Assembly: GCA_963726245.1 (NCBI GenBank)
Contig: CAVSBT010000027.1
Span: 58,266 to 122,265, forward strand
DNA from: an uncultured Chloroflexia bacterium
GTDB taxonomy: Bacteria > Chloroflexota > Dehalococcoidia > DSTF01 > JALHUB01
DNA length: 64,000 nt
Reading direction: 5' to 3'
Shown here: positions 20,051 to 29,352 of the stretch, in pieces
Layout of the letters: every line of letters begins with the position of its first letter
Position numbering within the stretch: the stretch's first letter is position 1
Position numbers and translations under genes: made by a program
The notes under the pieces: generated by a model
Told to the model about the DNA's origin: nothing
What the model saw: the letters and a program-made list of their open reading frames with translations, nothing else
Database searches by the model: none

Positions 20051-21523
20051 CTGGAACTGCACTATCTAACCGTACACGAGGCCGGCCGTCTCCTGGCCCA
20101 GCGTGAGATCACCTCTCGCCAGTTGACGGAGGCGGTGCTCGAGCGCATCCGCCAGGTCGACGGGCGAACGCGCGCCTACGTGACTGTCACCGAGGAGATT
20201 GCCCTCCGGCAGGCGGAGGAGGCGGACGCCCGCCTCGCTCGCGGCGACGCCACGCCTCTCACGGGCATCCCCGTCTGCATCAAGGATGTCATCTGCACAA
20301 GGGGTGTGCGCACGACCTGCTCCTCACGGATGCTGGAGAACTTCGTGCCGCCCTATGACGCCCACGTGACGGAGCGGCTGCGAGCGGCGGGCGCCGTCAT
20401 GGTCGGCAAGTCCAACATGGACGAGTTCGCCATGGGCTCTTCGACCGAGAACTCCGGCTTCTTCGCCACCCATAACCCCTGGGACCTGGAGCGCGTGCCG
20501 GGCGGCTCGTCCGGCGGCTCGGCGGCTGCCGTGGCCGCCGGCGAGTGCCTCTTCGCCCTGGGCTCGGACACCGGCGGCAGCATCCGCCAGCCGGCCAGCC
20601 TCTGCGGCGTGGCCGGGCTGAAGCCGACCTACGGCCGCGTCAGCCGGTTCGGGCTCGTAGCCTTCGCCAGCTCCCTCGACCAGATCGGGCCGCTCAGCCG
20701 TGACGTGCGCGACTGCGCCCTGGCGCTGAACGTCATCTCAGGCTACGACCCGCGCGACTCCACGTCGGCGCCTATGGACGTGCCGGACTTTTCCTCGGCG
20801 TTGAGCATTGACCTGGCCGGCCTGCGCATCGGCGTGCCGATCGAGTACTTCCCGGAGGACATGGACGCCGGCGTGCGGCGGGTCATAAGCGAGGCTGTCA
20901 AGGTCATGGAGGGTCTGGGCGCCAGCGTCGACTGGCAGGTGTCGCTGCCGAGCACGCACTACGCCCTGGCCTGCTACTACGTCATCGCCCCCAGCGAGGC
21001 GTCGGCGAACCTCGCCCGCTACGACGGCGTGAAGTACGGGTTCTCCTTCCAGGAAGGCGAGAGCATGTGGGAGAACATGGAGAAGACGCGCCAGCACGGC
21101 TTCGGCGACGAGGTGAAGCGCCGCATCATGCTCGGCACCTATGCTCTCTCGGCCGGCTACTACGACGCCTACTACTTGAAGGCGCAGAAGGTGCGGACCC
21201 TCATCCGCCGCGAGTTCGACACCGCCTTCCAGAGCTTCGACGTCATAGCCAGCCCCGTCTCCCCGACGCCGGCCTTTCGTCTGGGGGAGAAGGTGGACGA
21301 CCCCTTCCAGATGTACCTGAGCGACGTCTGCACCCTGCCCATCAACATCGCGGGGCTGCCCGGTATGTCGGTGCCGGCCGGCTTCGTCGACGGCCCCGAA
21401 GGGCAGCGGCTGCCCGTGGGCCTCCAGCTCATCGGCAAGCCCTTCGACGAGGCGACGGTGCTGCGGGCGGCCTACGCCTTGCAGGAGGCCACCGAGTGGC
21501 ACAAGGCACGTCCGCCGCTGTGA
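20051..21523 (+). CDS. gatA: Asp/Glu-tRNA amidotransferase subunit A
   Basis: [54 protein letters not shown]; start extended to CTG at 20051. Confidence 0.95.
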   Translation: MELHYLTVHEAGRLLAQREITSRQLTEAVLERIRQVDGRTRAYVTVTEEIALRQAEEADARLARGDATPLTGIPVCIKDVICTRGVRTTCSSRMLENFVPPYDAHVTERLRAAGAVMVGKSNMDEFAMGSSTENSGFFATHNPWDLERVPGGSSGGSAAAVAAGECLFALGSDTGGSIRQPASLCGVAGLKPTYGRVSRFGLVAFASSLDQIGPLSRDVRDCALALNVISGYDPRDSTSAPMDVPDFSSALSIDLAGLRIGVPIEYFPEDMDAGVRRVISEAVKVMEGLGASVDWQVSLPSTHYALACYYVIAPSEASANLARYDGVKYGFSFQEGESMWENMEKTRQHGFGDEVKRRIMLGTYALSAGYYDAYYLKAQKVRTLIRREFDTAFQSFDVIASPVSPTPAFRLGEKVDDPFQMYLSDVCTLPINIAGLPGMSVPAGFVDGPEGQRLPVGLQLIGKPFDEATVLRAAYALQEATEWHKARPPL

Positions 21524-21542
21524 AGGCGACAGAGCTTCTCAG

Positions 21543-21613
21543 GTTACCCTCTGCGGGATGAATCCCGCAGCTTCGCCGAAGCCGAGGGTTTCATCCCTCA
21601 GAGGCAGGGTTAA
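21543..21613. repeat. Tandem palindromes (REP-like) between gatA and the selenoprotein gene
   Basis: CTGCGGGATGAATCCCGCAG and GAGGGTTTCATCCCTC hairpins. Confidence 0.55.
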
Positions 21614-21659
21614 GTAAGAGGGCCGGTACGAGCCAGCACTCATGCCCCAGGGAGGAATC

Positions 21660-22088
21660 ATGGACCTTGATCCAGCCCAACAGCTCATGGCTCGCGGCCG
21701 CCACTGATCTGAGGCGGTACTACTGGCCGTGTGCCAGAAACTGGGAATAGAGAACGAGCTTGTGCCCCGCATCGCCACCATGTTCGGCGGCGGAATGGCC
21801 CGCACGGGCGAGGTCTGCGGCGCTGTGGTCGGCGGCCTCATGTGCATCGGCATCAAGCATGGCCGCGAGGAGCCGGCGCAGTCCGACGCCGAGGGCTACG
21901 CCCTGACCCAGCAGTTCCTCCGCCGCTTTCGTGACGAGATGGGCAGCATCCAGTGCCGCGAGCTGACGGGCATTGACCTGAGCACGGACGAGGGTCTGAA
22001 GACGTTCCGCAGCTCCGACGTGCCACTGAGGGTCTGCCTGCCCGCCGTGGGCCTGGCGTATAGTCTGGTTTTGGAGCTTGTCCAGTGA
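21660..22088 (+). CDS. C_GCAxxG_C_C family redox protein, probable selenoprotein (UGA at 21705)
   Basis: GGAGG RBS, ATG 21660, MDLDPAQQLMARGRH-UGA-SEAVLLAV in frame with FGGGM..GEVCGAVVG..GSIQCRELTG..C. Confidence 0.82.
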
Positions 22089-22390
22089 CTTCTCCCTACC
22101 GTCGCAAGCTCTCGCGGGAGGACGTGAAGACCGGCTCCGTGCTCATCGACAAGCGCGCCTGGCGCCTCTTCCCGCCGCCGATGGAGGAGTTTGCTCTGCT
22201 GGTGGGCGGGCAGGAGTTCCGCACCCGCATCGTCGCCGAGGACTGTAACTGCGTGCCGCCGCCGCACCAGCACTATCACTTGGAGGCGGGGCGCTTCCGC
22301 CACCTGCTGGACTTGAGCCTCGGTCGTACGGTGCTTGTGCAGCGCGATCCCGCGGGCCTTTATCGACTGGATATGGCTGGTGCCGTCTGA
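22085..22390 (+). CDS. Small hypothetical protein with CxC...HxH motif
   Basis: GTGA coupling to the upstream stop; DCNCVPPPHQHYHL. Confidence 0.65.
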   Translation: MTSPYRRKLSREDVKTGSVLIDKRAWRLFPPPMEEFALLVGGQEFRTRIVAEDCNCVPPPHQHYHLEAGRFRHLLDLSLGRTVLVQRDPAGLYRLDMAGAV

Positions 22391-22607
22391 CCCCGAGGGC
22401 GTCCGCGTGGGCTGCTACTCCGGCGGCCGCTACGGCGAAGAGCCGCGCTGGGTAGAGATCGAGGGCGCCCGCTGCTCGGTGCGCGAGGTGGAGTCGCGCT
22501 GGCGGGAGCCAGACCGCGACGGCTGGCGAGTGGTCCTGGAAGACGGGAGGCACTTGATCCTGTATTATGTCCCCAATATCGATCTATGGCAGGTAGAGGA
22601 GCAATGA
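22380..22607 (+). CDS. Small beta-rich hypothetical protein (DUF6504-like)
   Basis: VGCYSGGRYGEEPR..V.EV..RW......WRV...DG....L.Y.....W; overlaps both neighbours. Confidence 0.6.
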   Translation: MPSDPEGVRVGCYSGGRYGEEPRWVEIEGARCSVREVESRWREPDRDGWRVVLEDGRHLILYYVPNIDLWQVEEQ

Positions 22608-23800
22608 ATAAGTCTACCCCCGACCCCAGGAGCGCCCAGCGTGGCCAGCCATCCGAGAAGGTGGCGTCCATCCCGTCCTCGGGCATACGCCGCTTCTTCG
22701 ACCTGCTGGCGGGCATGGACGGCGTCATCTCCCTGGGTGTCGGCGAGCCCGACTTCGTGACGCCGCTCAAGATCCGCAACGCCGGCATCCGCGCTATCGA
22801 GGAGGGGCGGACCGGCTACACGTCGAACTTCGGCATCTTAGAGCTGCGTGAGGCCATCTCCGACCACTTGGACCACCACTACGGCCTTTCTTACGACCCT
22901 GCCACGGAGATCATCGTCACCACGGGGGTCAGCGAAGGCCTCTCCGTCGCCTTCCTGGCCATCCTCGACACCGGCGACGAAGTCCTTTGTGCGGACCCCT
23001 GCTTCGTGGCCTACCTGCCGGCCGTGGTGCTGGCGGGAGGCGTCTTTGTGCCCGTGCCGACTTCGGTCGAGAACGGCTTCCGGGTGCGGGCCAAGGACCT
23101 GGAAAGCCGGATCACGCCCCGGACCAAAGCCATCATGCTCGGCTATCCGGCCAACCCGACGGGCGCGGTCATGGAGCGAGAGGACCTGCTGGCCGTCGCC
23201 GAGGTGGCGACCCGCCACAACCTGTTCGTCGTTTCAGACGAGATCTACGACCGGCTGGTCTACGGCGTCGAGCACACCTGCTTCGCTGCCCTGCCCGGCA
23301 TGCGCGACCGCACCATCCTCCTGGGCGGCTTCTCCAAGGCCTACGCCATGACCGGCTGGCGCCTGGCCTGGGCCGCGGCCCGCCCCGACGTGCTGGAATC
23401 GATGATGAAGGTCCACCAGTACGTCATGATGTCGGCGCCGACGATGTCCCAGTACGCTGGCCTGGAGGCCCTGGCCATCGGCGAGGAGGACGTGCGCGGC
23501 ATGGTGGCGGAGTACGACCGCCGCCGCCGCCTGATCGTCAACGGCTTCAACTCCATCGGGCTCGAGTGCTTCGAGCCCCGGGGCGCCTTCTACGCCTTCC
23601 CCTCAATCGCCGTCACCGGCCTCTCCGACGAGGAGTTCGCCGAGAAGCTCCTCGAGGAGGAGAGGGTGGCGGTGGTTCCCGGCTCCGCCTTCGGCGAGCA
23701 AGGCCGGGGCTACGTCCGCGCCTGCTACGCCACCTCCTACGAGAACATCGAGCTCGCCTTGGAGGCCATGGACCGCTTCGTGCGCCGCCACCGCCGGTAG
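22604..23800 (+). CDS. PLP-dependent aminotransferase class I/II
   Basis: ISLGVGEPDF, YPANPTGA, SDEIY, GFSKAYAMTGWR, PRGAFY. Confidence 0.95.
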   Translation: MNKSTPDPRSAQRGQPSEKVASIPSSGIRRFFDLLAGMDGVISLGVGEPDFVTPLKIRNAGIRAIEEGRTGYTSNFGILELREAISDHLDHHYGLSYDPATEIIVTTGVSEGLSVAFLAILDTGDEVLCADPCFVAYLPAVVLAGGVFVPVPTSVENGFRVRAKDLESRITPRTKAIMLGYPANPTGAVMEREDLLAVAEVATRHNLFVVSDEIYDRLVYGVEHTCFAALPGMRDRTILLGGFSKAYAMTGWRLAWAAARPDVLESMMKVHQYVMMSAPTMSQYAGLEALAIGEEDVRGMVAEYDRRRRLIVNGFNSIGLECFEPRGAFYAFPSIAVTGLSDEEFAEKLLEEERVAVVPGSAFGEQGRGYVRACYATSYENIELALEAMDRFVRRHRR

Positions 23801-23804
23801 CAGT

Positions 23805-24473
23805 ATGAAACGCGGGAGCGTGGACAGGAAGAAGGACGAAAACGTCCTCGTCTTCGAGAGCAGGCTGCTTCACGAAGTAGGGCACTTCCAGGGGCTCAAC
23901 GCGAATGTCGAGCCCTACCTTGCCGCCATCTTCGCCCCCGGCAACTGCTTCTTCATGCCCCGGTCGGCCGCCGAACAAGAGCCCAGGTACAAGCAAGTCA
24001 TCCCCTACGTCATCCTGGCCTACGGCGACTCGGTGTTCAGCTACGTGAGGGGGAGGTCAAGCACCGAGGGCAGGCTCGTCGGGCTGCGTTCGATTGGCGT
24101 AGGTGGCCACATCGGTGACAGGGACCTGACGCTGCCGGGCTTGGAACTGCACGACGAGGCGAGGGTCGGCGGCCTCCGCCGCCTATACATCGACGCAGTC
24201 AGGCGCGAGGCTGAGGAAGAAGTGTCTATCGACTGCGAATATGAGGCCCGCGAAGTGGCGGTCCTGAACGATGACGAGCAAGAAGTCGGAAGGGTCCACT
24301 TCGGCATTGTGCACGTGTTCAGCCTGCGGGCGCCTCGCGTCTCCAAGAGGGAGCGCCTGGTGTCGGAGGCCGGGTTCATGTCGACGGTAGAGCTGGCAGC
24401 GTCGATAGCTGAATTCGAAGGTTGGTCCCAGATCTGCGCCCGGGCCATTTGCGACGGGACGCTGACGTTGTGA
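23805..24473 (+). CDS. Predicted NUDIX-family phosphoesterase
   Basis: AEQEPRYKQVIPY, SIGVGGHI, RREAEEEV, LNDDEQEVGRVHFG, EGWSQI. Confidence 0.8.
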   Translation: MKRGSVDRKKDENVLVFESRLLHEVGHFQGLNANVEPYLAAIFAPGNCFFMPRSAAEQEPRYKQVIPYVILAYGDSVFSYVRGRSSTEGRLVGLRSIGVGGHIGDRDLTLPGLELHDEARVGGLRRLYIDAVRREAEEEVSIDCEYEAREVAVLNDDEQEVGRVHFGIVHVFSLRAPRVSKRERLVSEAGFMSTVELAASIAEFEGWSQICARAICDGTLTL

Positions 24474-24489
24474 CGGGCGGCGCAGTCGC

Positions 24490-25182
24490 CTAATGCGCGG
24501 CGTCGGGGTAGCGGAGCCAGTCGGCGGCGACCCAGCCGTCACGGCCGTCGATGCGCCACCACTGGAAGTCGTCGACCACTTGAGGGCCCTCGGCCAGCTT
24601 GATGGTCGTCCCTTCTCGGAGGCAGTCGATGGCCGCCTTGCCCAGGCCGGGCCCGTCGCGCACGTTGAGGCAGGGGCCGGTGCCGGCCACCACCACCGTC
24701 GCGCCGACGGTCAGGGGCCAGGGGATGCCGGGCACGTCGGCGGCCTGAGGGTGCAGAGGGAACTCTCCCACCACCTGCCACTGGCCTGCCTGTCCGGCAG
24801 GCAGGCCGGCCTTCTGCTCCAGGAAGATCCAGGTGGTGAACTGGGTGAAGGCGGGACCCGCCACGTAGGCCTTCGCCGGCCCGCGGTCGCCGCGGAATAA
24901 GGTGCAGAGCTTACCCTGGTCATCGGGTAGCTTGGCAGCCCCGCAGTCCCCAACGTAGCCCATGGGAGCGTTCTGACTCGCGTAGGCGGCCAGAGCCTCG
25001 TCAGGCGAGCCCGGCGCCGGCGTGGACGAGCCCGGCGTGGCCGTGACCACCGTGACGCCCGACTCTGAGGAGCCGCCATCCTTGAAGCAGGCGGTCAGGA
25101 GCAGCGCGGCCCCCGCTGCTGCCAGCAGCAACACCGCCGCCGGCGGCCTTCGAAGGAAAGCAGCGATCCAGCCCCCCCACAT
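24490..25182 (-). CDS. Lipoprotein with C-terminal bacterial SH3 domain
   Basis: LLTAC lipobox; CLNVRDGPG...GP...DDFQWWRI...GWVAADWL. Confidence 0.8.
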   Translation of the reverse strand: MWGGWIAAFLRRPPAAVLLLAAAGAALLLTACFKDGGSSESGVTVVTATPGSSTPAPGSPDEALAAYASQNAPMGYVGDCGAAKLPDDQGKLCTLFRGDRGPAKAYVAGPAFTQFTTWIFLEQKAGLPAGQAGQWQVVGEFPLHPQAADVPGIPWPLTVGATVVVAGTGPCLNVRDGPGLGKAAIDCLREGTTIKLAEGPQVVDDFQWWRIDGRDGWVAADWLRYPDAAH

Positions 25183-25193
25183 GTGACCGCTCC

Positions 25194-26052
25194 TCACGCG
25201 GGCGCCGGCCCTTCGTCCCGCCACGGCCTGGAGCCGGCGAGGCGCAGGAAGTCGGCGTGGGCGGCGGCGCCGCCGGCCACCACCCCCTCGCTATCGATAC
25301 GAATAGGGCTGCCGTCGCGGTTCGTTATCACGCCGCCGGCCTCTCTCACCAGCAGTATGCCCGCCGCCACGTCCCAGGGAAAGAGGTAGTGGTGCACGAA
25401 GAGGTCATAGCGGCCGCAGGCGGCGTACGCCAGGCCCAAGGCGGCGCTGCCGCAGATGCGCACGGCCTGCATCCCCGGCCAGAGCTCGCGCAGGAGGGCC
25501 AGCATCTGGGCCGCCCGCCGGTCGTTGTAGCCCATGTCGAAGCCAAGAACCGACGCCTGGAGCGACGGCTTGTCGGAGACGCGGCAGAGCTGGTCCGAAC
25601 CGGCGGATAGGCGGGCGCCGCCGCCCTTCTCCGCCCAGAACGTCTCGCCGTGCAGGGGGTCGTGGGTGACGGCGACGACGGGCTCGCCCTGGTGGCAGAG
25701 CGCGACGTTGACGCAGAAGAAGGGTAGGCCGCTGCACGTAGTTGCGGGTGCCGTCCAGGGGGTCCACCACCCACATCCACTCTTCGACCTTCGAGCCTCG
25801 AACCTCGAGACCGGCGGTCTCCTCCGAGAGGACGGCGTGCTGGGGGTACTCGCGGGCCAGGAGGGCCTGGATGAGGTGCTCGATGTCAACGTCGGTAGCG
25901 GTGACGAGGTTGCCGCGGCCCTTGACGGAGACCTCCTGCGGCTTGCGGAAGCGCCCCCGGGCGAGGCGGCCGCCCTCGTCGGCGCAGCGGCGCGCCACCT
26001 GGAGGGCGGTGGCCCCGGACGTGGAGACGGGCAGGTCTAGGGAAGCGCTCAC
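25194..26052 (-). CDS. suhB: Inositol monophosphatase family protein (frameshift near 25735)
   Basis: NLVTATD, VLSEE, WVVDPLDGTRNY, then GSAALGLAYAACGRYD, PWDVAAG in another frame. Confidence 0.85.
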
Positions 26053-26102
26053 GGCTCGCAGGGTACGCGCGGGAGGGGGCAGGGGGTCAAGGGGGGCTTC
26101 GT

Positions 26103-26170
26103 TACATCCGCTCCGGCGCGGAGACGCCGATGAGGCGCAGGGTGCGGGCCAGGGCCAGGCGACAGGCCGC
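26103..26170 (-). repeat. Duplicated 3' end of argS (direct repeat of 26785-26852)
   Basis: 68 bp, 4 mismatches by manual alignment; encodes [22 protein letters not shown]. Confidence 0.95.
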
Positions 26171-26172
26171 CC

Positions 26173-26511
26173 TTACAGGCCAAGGGCCCGGCACAGGGCG
26201 TGCTCGTGGGCCTTCTTGTCCTTGTCGGGCATACTTCCCAGCCTCCGCCTGATCATGCTGGCCTTCACCGTCCACAGGATGGACGTTACCACTGAGGGCT
26301 TGGTCAGACCGCAAGTCCGCCAATCGTCGATGCGGTGGTCGCCAACGAATAGAGGTTCGCGGATGTGACTGGTGATGGCGGCGATGACGATCTCGCGGCG
26401 GCTGGCGTGGTAGTCAGGCGAACTGATGATGAGGGCTGGCCGATTCTTAACAACAGGCTTGTCGGTGAACATAAAGGGAACGAAGACAACGTCGCCCCGG
26501 CTATAGGTCAT
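26173..26511 (-). CDS. PemK/MazF family toxin
   Basis: YSRGDVVFVPFMFTD..VKNRPALIIS...IVIAAITS...GLTKPS. Confidence 0.9.
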   Translation of the reverse strand: MTYSRGDVVFVPFMFTDKPVVKNRPALIISSPDYHASRREIVIAAITSHIREPLFVGDHRIDDWRTCGLTKPSVVTSILWTVKASMIRRRLGSMPDKDKKAHEHALCRALGL

Positions 26512-26725
26512 CGTAGACTGCGTCATCCTCGTTGTCCCACAACTCCGCCAGCACCGGTGCCTCCGCTGCGGTGAGGTACTCCCCTGGCTCCTCCGCAAGG
26601 CGGTGCTCGATGGCCTCAACACAGTACCGGCGCATAGTGGTTCTCTTACGGGCGGCCACAACCTTCAAGCGCCCGTGAAGAGATGGCTCGAGGTCGATAG
26701 TCAGCCTTGCCCTTTCGTTAACCAT
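26501..26725 (-). CDS. Ribbon-helix-helix antitoxin
   Basis: RLTIDLEPSLHGRLKVVAA...TMRRY, acidic tail WDNEDDAVYDDL; overlaps the toxin gene. Confidence 0.8.
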   Translation of the reverse strand: MVNERARLTIDLEPSLHGRLKVVAARKRTTMRRYCVEAIEHRLAEEPGEYLTAAEAPVLAELWDNEDDAVYDDL

Positions 26726-26783
26726 GCTTTGTCACCCCAACAAGATGATGGCACATTTACAGAAAAATGGCAATACTGCAATA

Positions 26784-28509
26784 CTACATCCGCTCCGGCG
26801 CGGAGACGCCGATGAGGGCCAGAGTGCGGGCCAGGGCCAGGCGGCAGGCCGCGACCAGCTTCAGGCGCGCCTTGGAGAGGGGCACGTCGTCGGAGACGAC
26901 GCGGCACTTCTCGTAGAAGTCGTGGAAGGCGGTGGCCAGCTCCTGCGCGTAGTGGGGCAGGTGGTGCGGCTCCAGGTTGCCGGCGATCGACTCCAGCAGC
27001 TCCGGCAGGAGGAGCATCTTGCGCACCAGCGCCAGCTCCGCCGGATGGGTGAGCAGCGACACGTCGCCGTCGGCGTAGTCCGTGCTTCGCTCGGCGGCGA
27101 GGCGGAGGATGCCCGCGACGCGGGCGTGGGCGTACTGGACGTAGTAGACGGGGTTCTCGGCGCTCTGCTGCTTGGCCAGCTCCAGGTCGAAGTCCATGGA
27201 AGCGTCGGCGGAGCGGGCGAGGAAGAAGAAGCGACAGGCGTCGCGTCCCACCTCGTCGATAACGTCGCGCACGGTGACGATCTCGCCGGCCCGCTTCGAG
27301 AGGCGCACCACCTCGTCGCCGCGCTTGAGGGTCACAAGCTGGTAGATGAGCAGGTCCAGCCGCTCCGGGTCGACGCCCAGGGCGGCCACAGCGGCCTTCA
27401 TGCGGGAGACGTGGCCCTGGTGGTCGGCGCCCCAGACGTTGATGACGCGGTCGAAGCCGCGCCGGATGAACTTGTCATAATGATAGGCGATGTCGGAGGC
27501 GAAGTAGGTGGGCTCGCCGTTGCTGCGCACGAGGACGTTGTCCTTGTCCTCGCTCGCAGCGCCCTCACCGGCGGCCGCTCGAGGCGCCTCTGGCGGAGGG
27601 TGCGAACCAGATAGCTCCCTCCTTCTCGGCGATGTAGCCTCTCTCGCGCAGCAGGGCCATCACCTGCTCGTAGAGGCTTGGGCTTTTTGCCTCGCCGGGC
27701 TGGTAGAGCAGCCGCTCGTTGAACCAGACGTCGTACGTCAGCCCCAGGTCCTCCAGGTCGTGGCGGATCTCGTCCATGAGGCGCTGGACGGCGAGCCGGC
27801 CGATGTCGACTGGCGCGGGCTCTCCCTCGGGGCGCAGGAAGCTGTCGCCGTGTTCGTCCTTGATGGCCCCGGCGATGTCAGTGACATACTGGCCGGGGTA
27901 GCCGTCCTCCGGGAAGAGCGCGTCGCGGCCCAGGACCTGCTGGTAGCGGGCGTAGATGCTGCGGGTGAGGGCGTCAATCTGAGAGCCGGCGTCGTTGAAG
28001 TAGTACTCGCGCTCGACGCTGTATCCGGCTGCCTCCAGCACGGAGGCCAGGGTGGCGCCGATGGCGGCGCCGCGCCCGTTGCCGACGTGCAGGGGGCCGG
28101 TGGGGTTGGCGCTGACGAACTCCACCTGCACCCGCTGACCGCCGCCGATCTCCACGTCGCCGAAGCGGTCGCCGGCAGCGAGGACCGCGTCCACCTGGCG
28201 GGCCAGCCACGACTCGCTGAGGCGGAAGTTGACGAAGCCCGGCGGCGCCACCGTGACCTCGGCTACGGCATCCGAGGCCGGCAGACGCTGCACCAGGGCC
28301 TCGGCCAGGGTCAGAGGGTTGGCTCGGGCGGAGCGCGCCAGGCGCATGGCCAGGCTGGTGGCGTAGTCGCCGTGCTCCGGTCGCTGCGGGCGCTCGATGG
28401 CCGGGTCGGGCAGCGCGACGGCAGGCAGCTCGCCGCGGTCGCGCGCCTCGTGGGCCGCCGCCGCCACCAGCTCGGCGATGTGGTGCTTGACTATGATGGG
28501 GGCAGGAAT
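26784..28509 (-). CDS. argS: Arginine--tRNA ligase (frameshift near 27560; start codon uncertain)
   Basis: [70 protein letters not shown]. Confidence 0.95.
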
Positions 28510-29252
28510 GGCTTCTCCTTTCCCCTCAGGCGGTCGAACCAGAAGCTCAGGCGCGTGAGGGTCCGCGCCAGCAGGAACGAGAGGGGGCCCGAGGGCGTCA
28601 GCTCGGCGAGGGCGACGCCTTCCGTCCGCATGTGCTCGAAGTCATAGCCCGCCTCACGCAGGTCGGCGGCTGCACAGGGCTCATACGAGCCTTGCCCTGA
28701 GCCTGCCGAAGGGCCTTCGGCGTCCGGTCGCAGTCGGTAGAAGGCGGCGGACAGCGTCCGAAAGCCGCCCGTCAGCCGGCGGAGGCTCGGGCTGTCGTAG
28801 ACGCGGAACCACGGGTTCACCTGCGCCCGTCCGAAGGGCACCGTCAGCAGCAGGCGGCCTCTCGGCGCCAGCAGACGCCGCATGTGCCGCATCGCCAGGA
28901 TGTCGCCGTGCGGGAACTCGTGCTGGCCGTAGATGGGCAGTCCGATGTGCTCCACAGTCGATACGCACAGGATAAGGTCGAAGCCGGCGGCGGGGAAGGG
29001 GGGCGCCACTATAGTTCCCTTCAGAATCCCCACATTTCTTATCGGCCGCGGCGCGCCGGGGTCGAGGCCGTAGACGCGGCGGGTGCCGGCCGGCTCGTCC
29101 TGAGCCAGCTCCGCCAGGTAGTCGCTGGTGGAGCAGCCCACGTCCAGCACGCGGCGCGCCCCGCCGATGCGTCGGATCGCCCAGGGCGCCTCCACCGAGC
29201 GCTCGTTGGTACCCAGGGTCGGAGTGTCGGGGGCGGGTGATTGAGGGTTCAT
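28491..29252 (-). CDS. Class I SAM-dependent methyltransferase-like protein
   Basis: ERSVEAPW, VLDVGCS, FDLILCVSTVEHIGL, LAPRGRLLLTVPFG. Confidence 0.8.
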   Translation of the reverse strand: MNPQSPAPDTPTLGTNERSVEAPWAIRRIGGARRVLDVGCSTSDYLAELAQDEPAGTRRVYGLDPGAPRPIRNVGILKGTIVAPPFPAAGFDLILCVSTVEHIGLPIYGQHEFPHGDILAMRHMRRLLAPRGRLLLTVPFGRAQVNPWFRVYDSPSLRRLTGGFRTLSAAFYRLRPDAEGPSAGSGQGSYEPCAAADLREAGYDFEHMRTEGVALAELTPSGPLSFLLARTLTRLSFWFDRLRGKEKPFLPPS

Positions 29253-29352
29253 CAAATGGAGAAGGGCCGCTCTCTAACCGGCCCGAAGTTCTTCTCCGCG
29301 GCGCGCGGGCCTGCCCGCTCTTTTCAGGGCACCATTATAGCAGGCCCTCGAC

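Noticed and set aside
26102-26323. 73-aa ORF ending in the ArgRS C-terminal peptide
   Set aside because: By-product of the argS 3' duplication overlapping the toxin gene in another frame.
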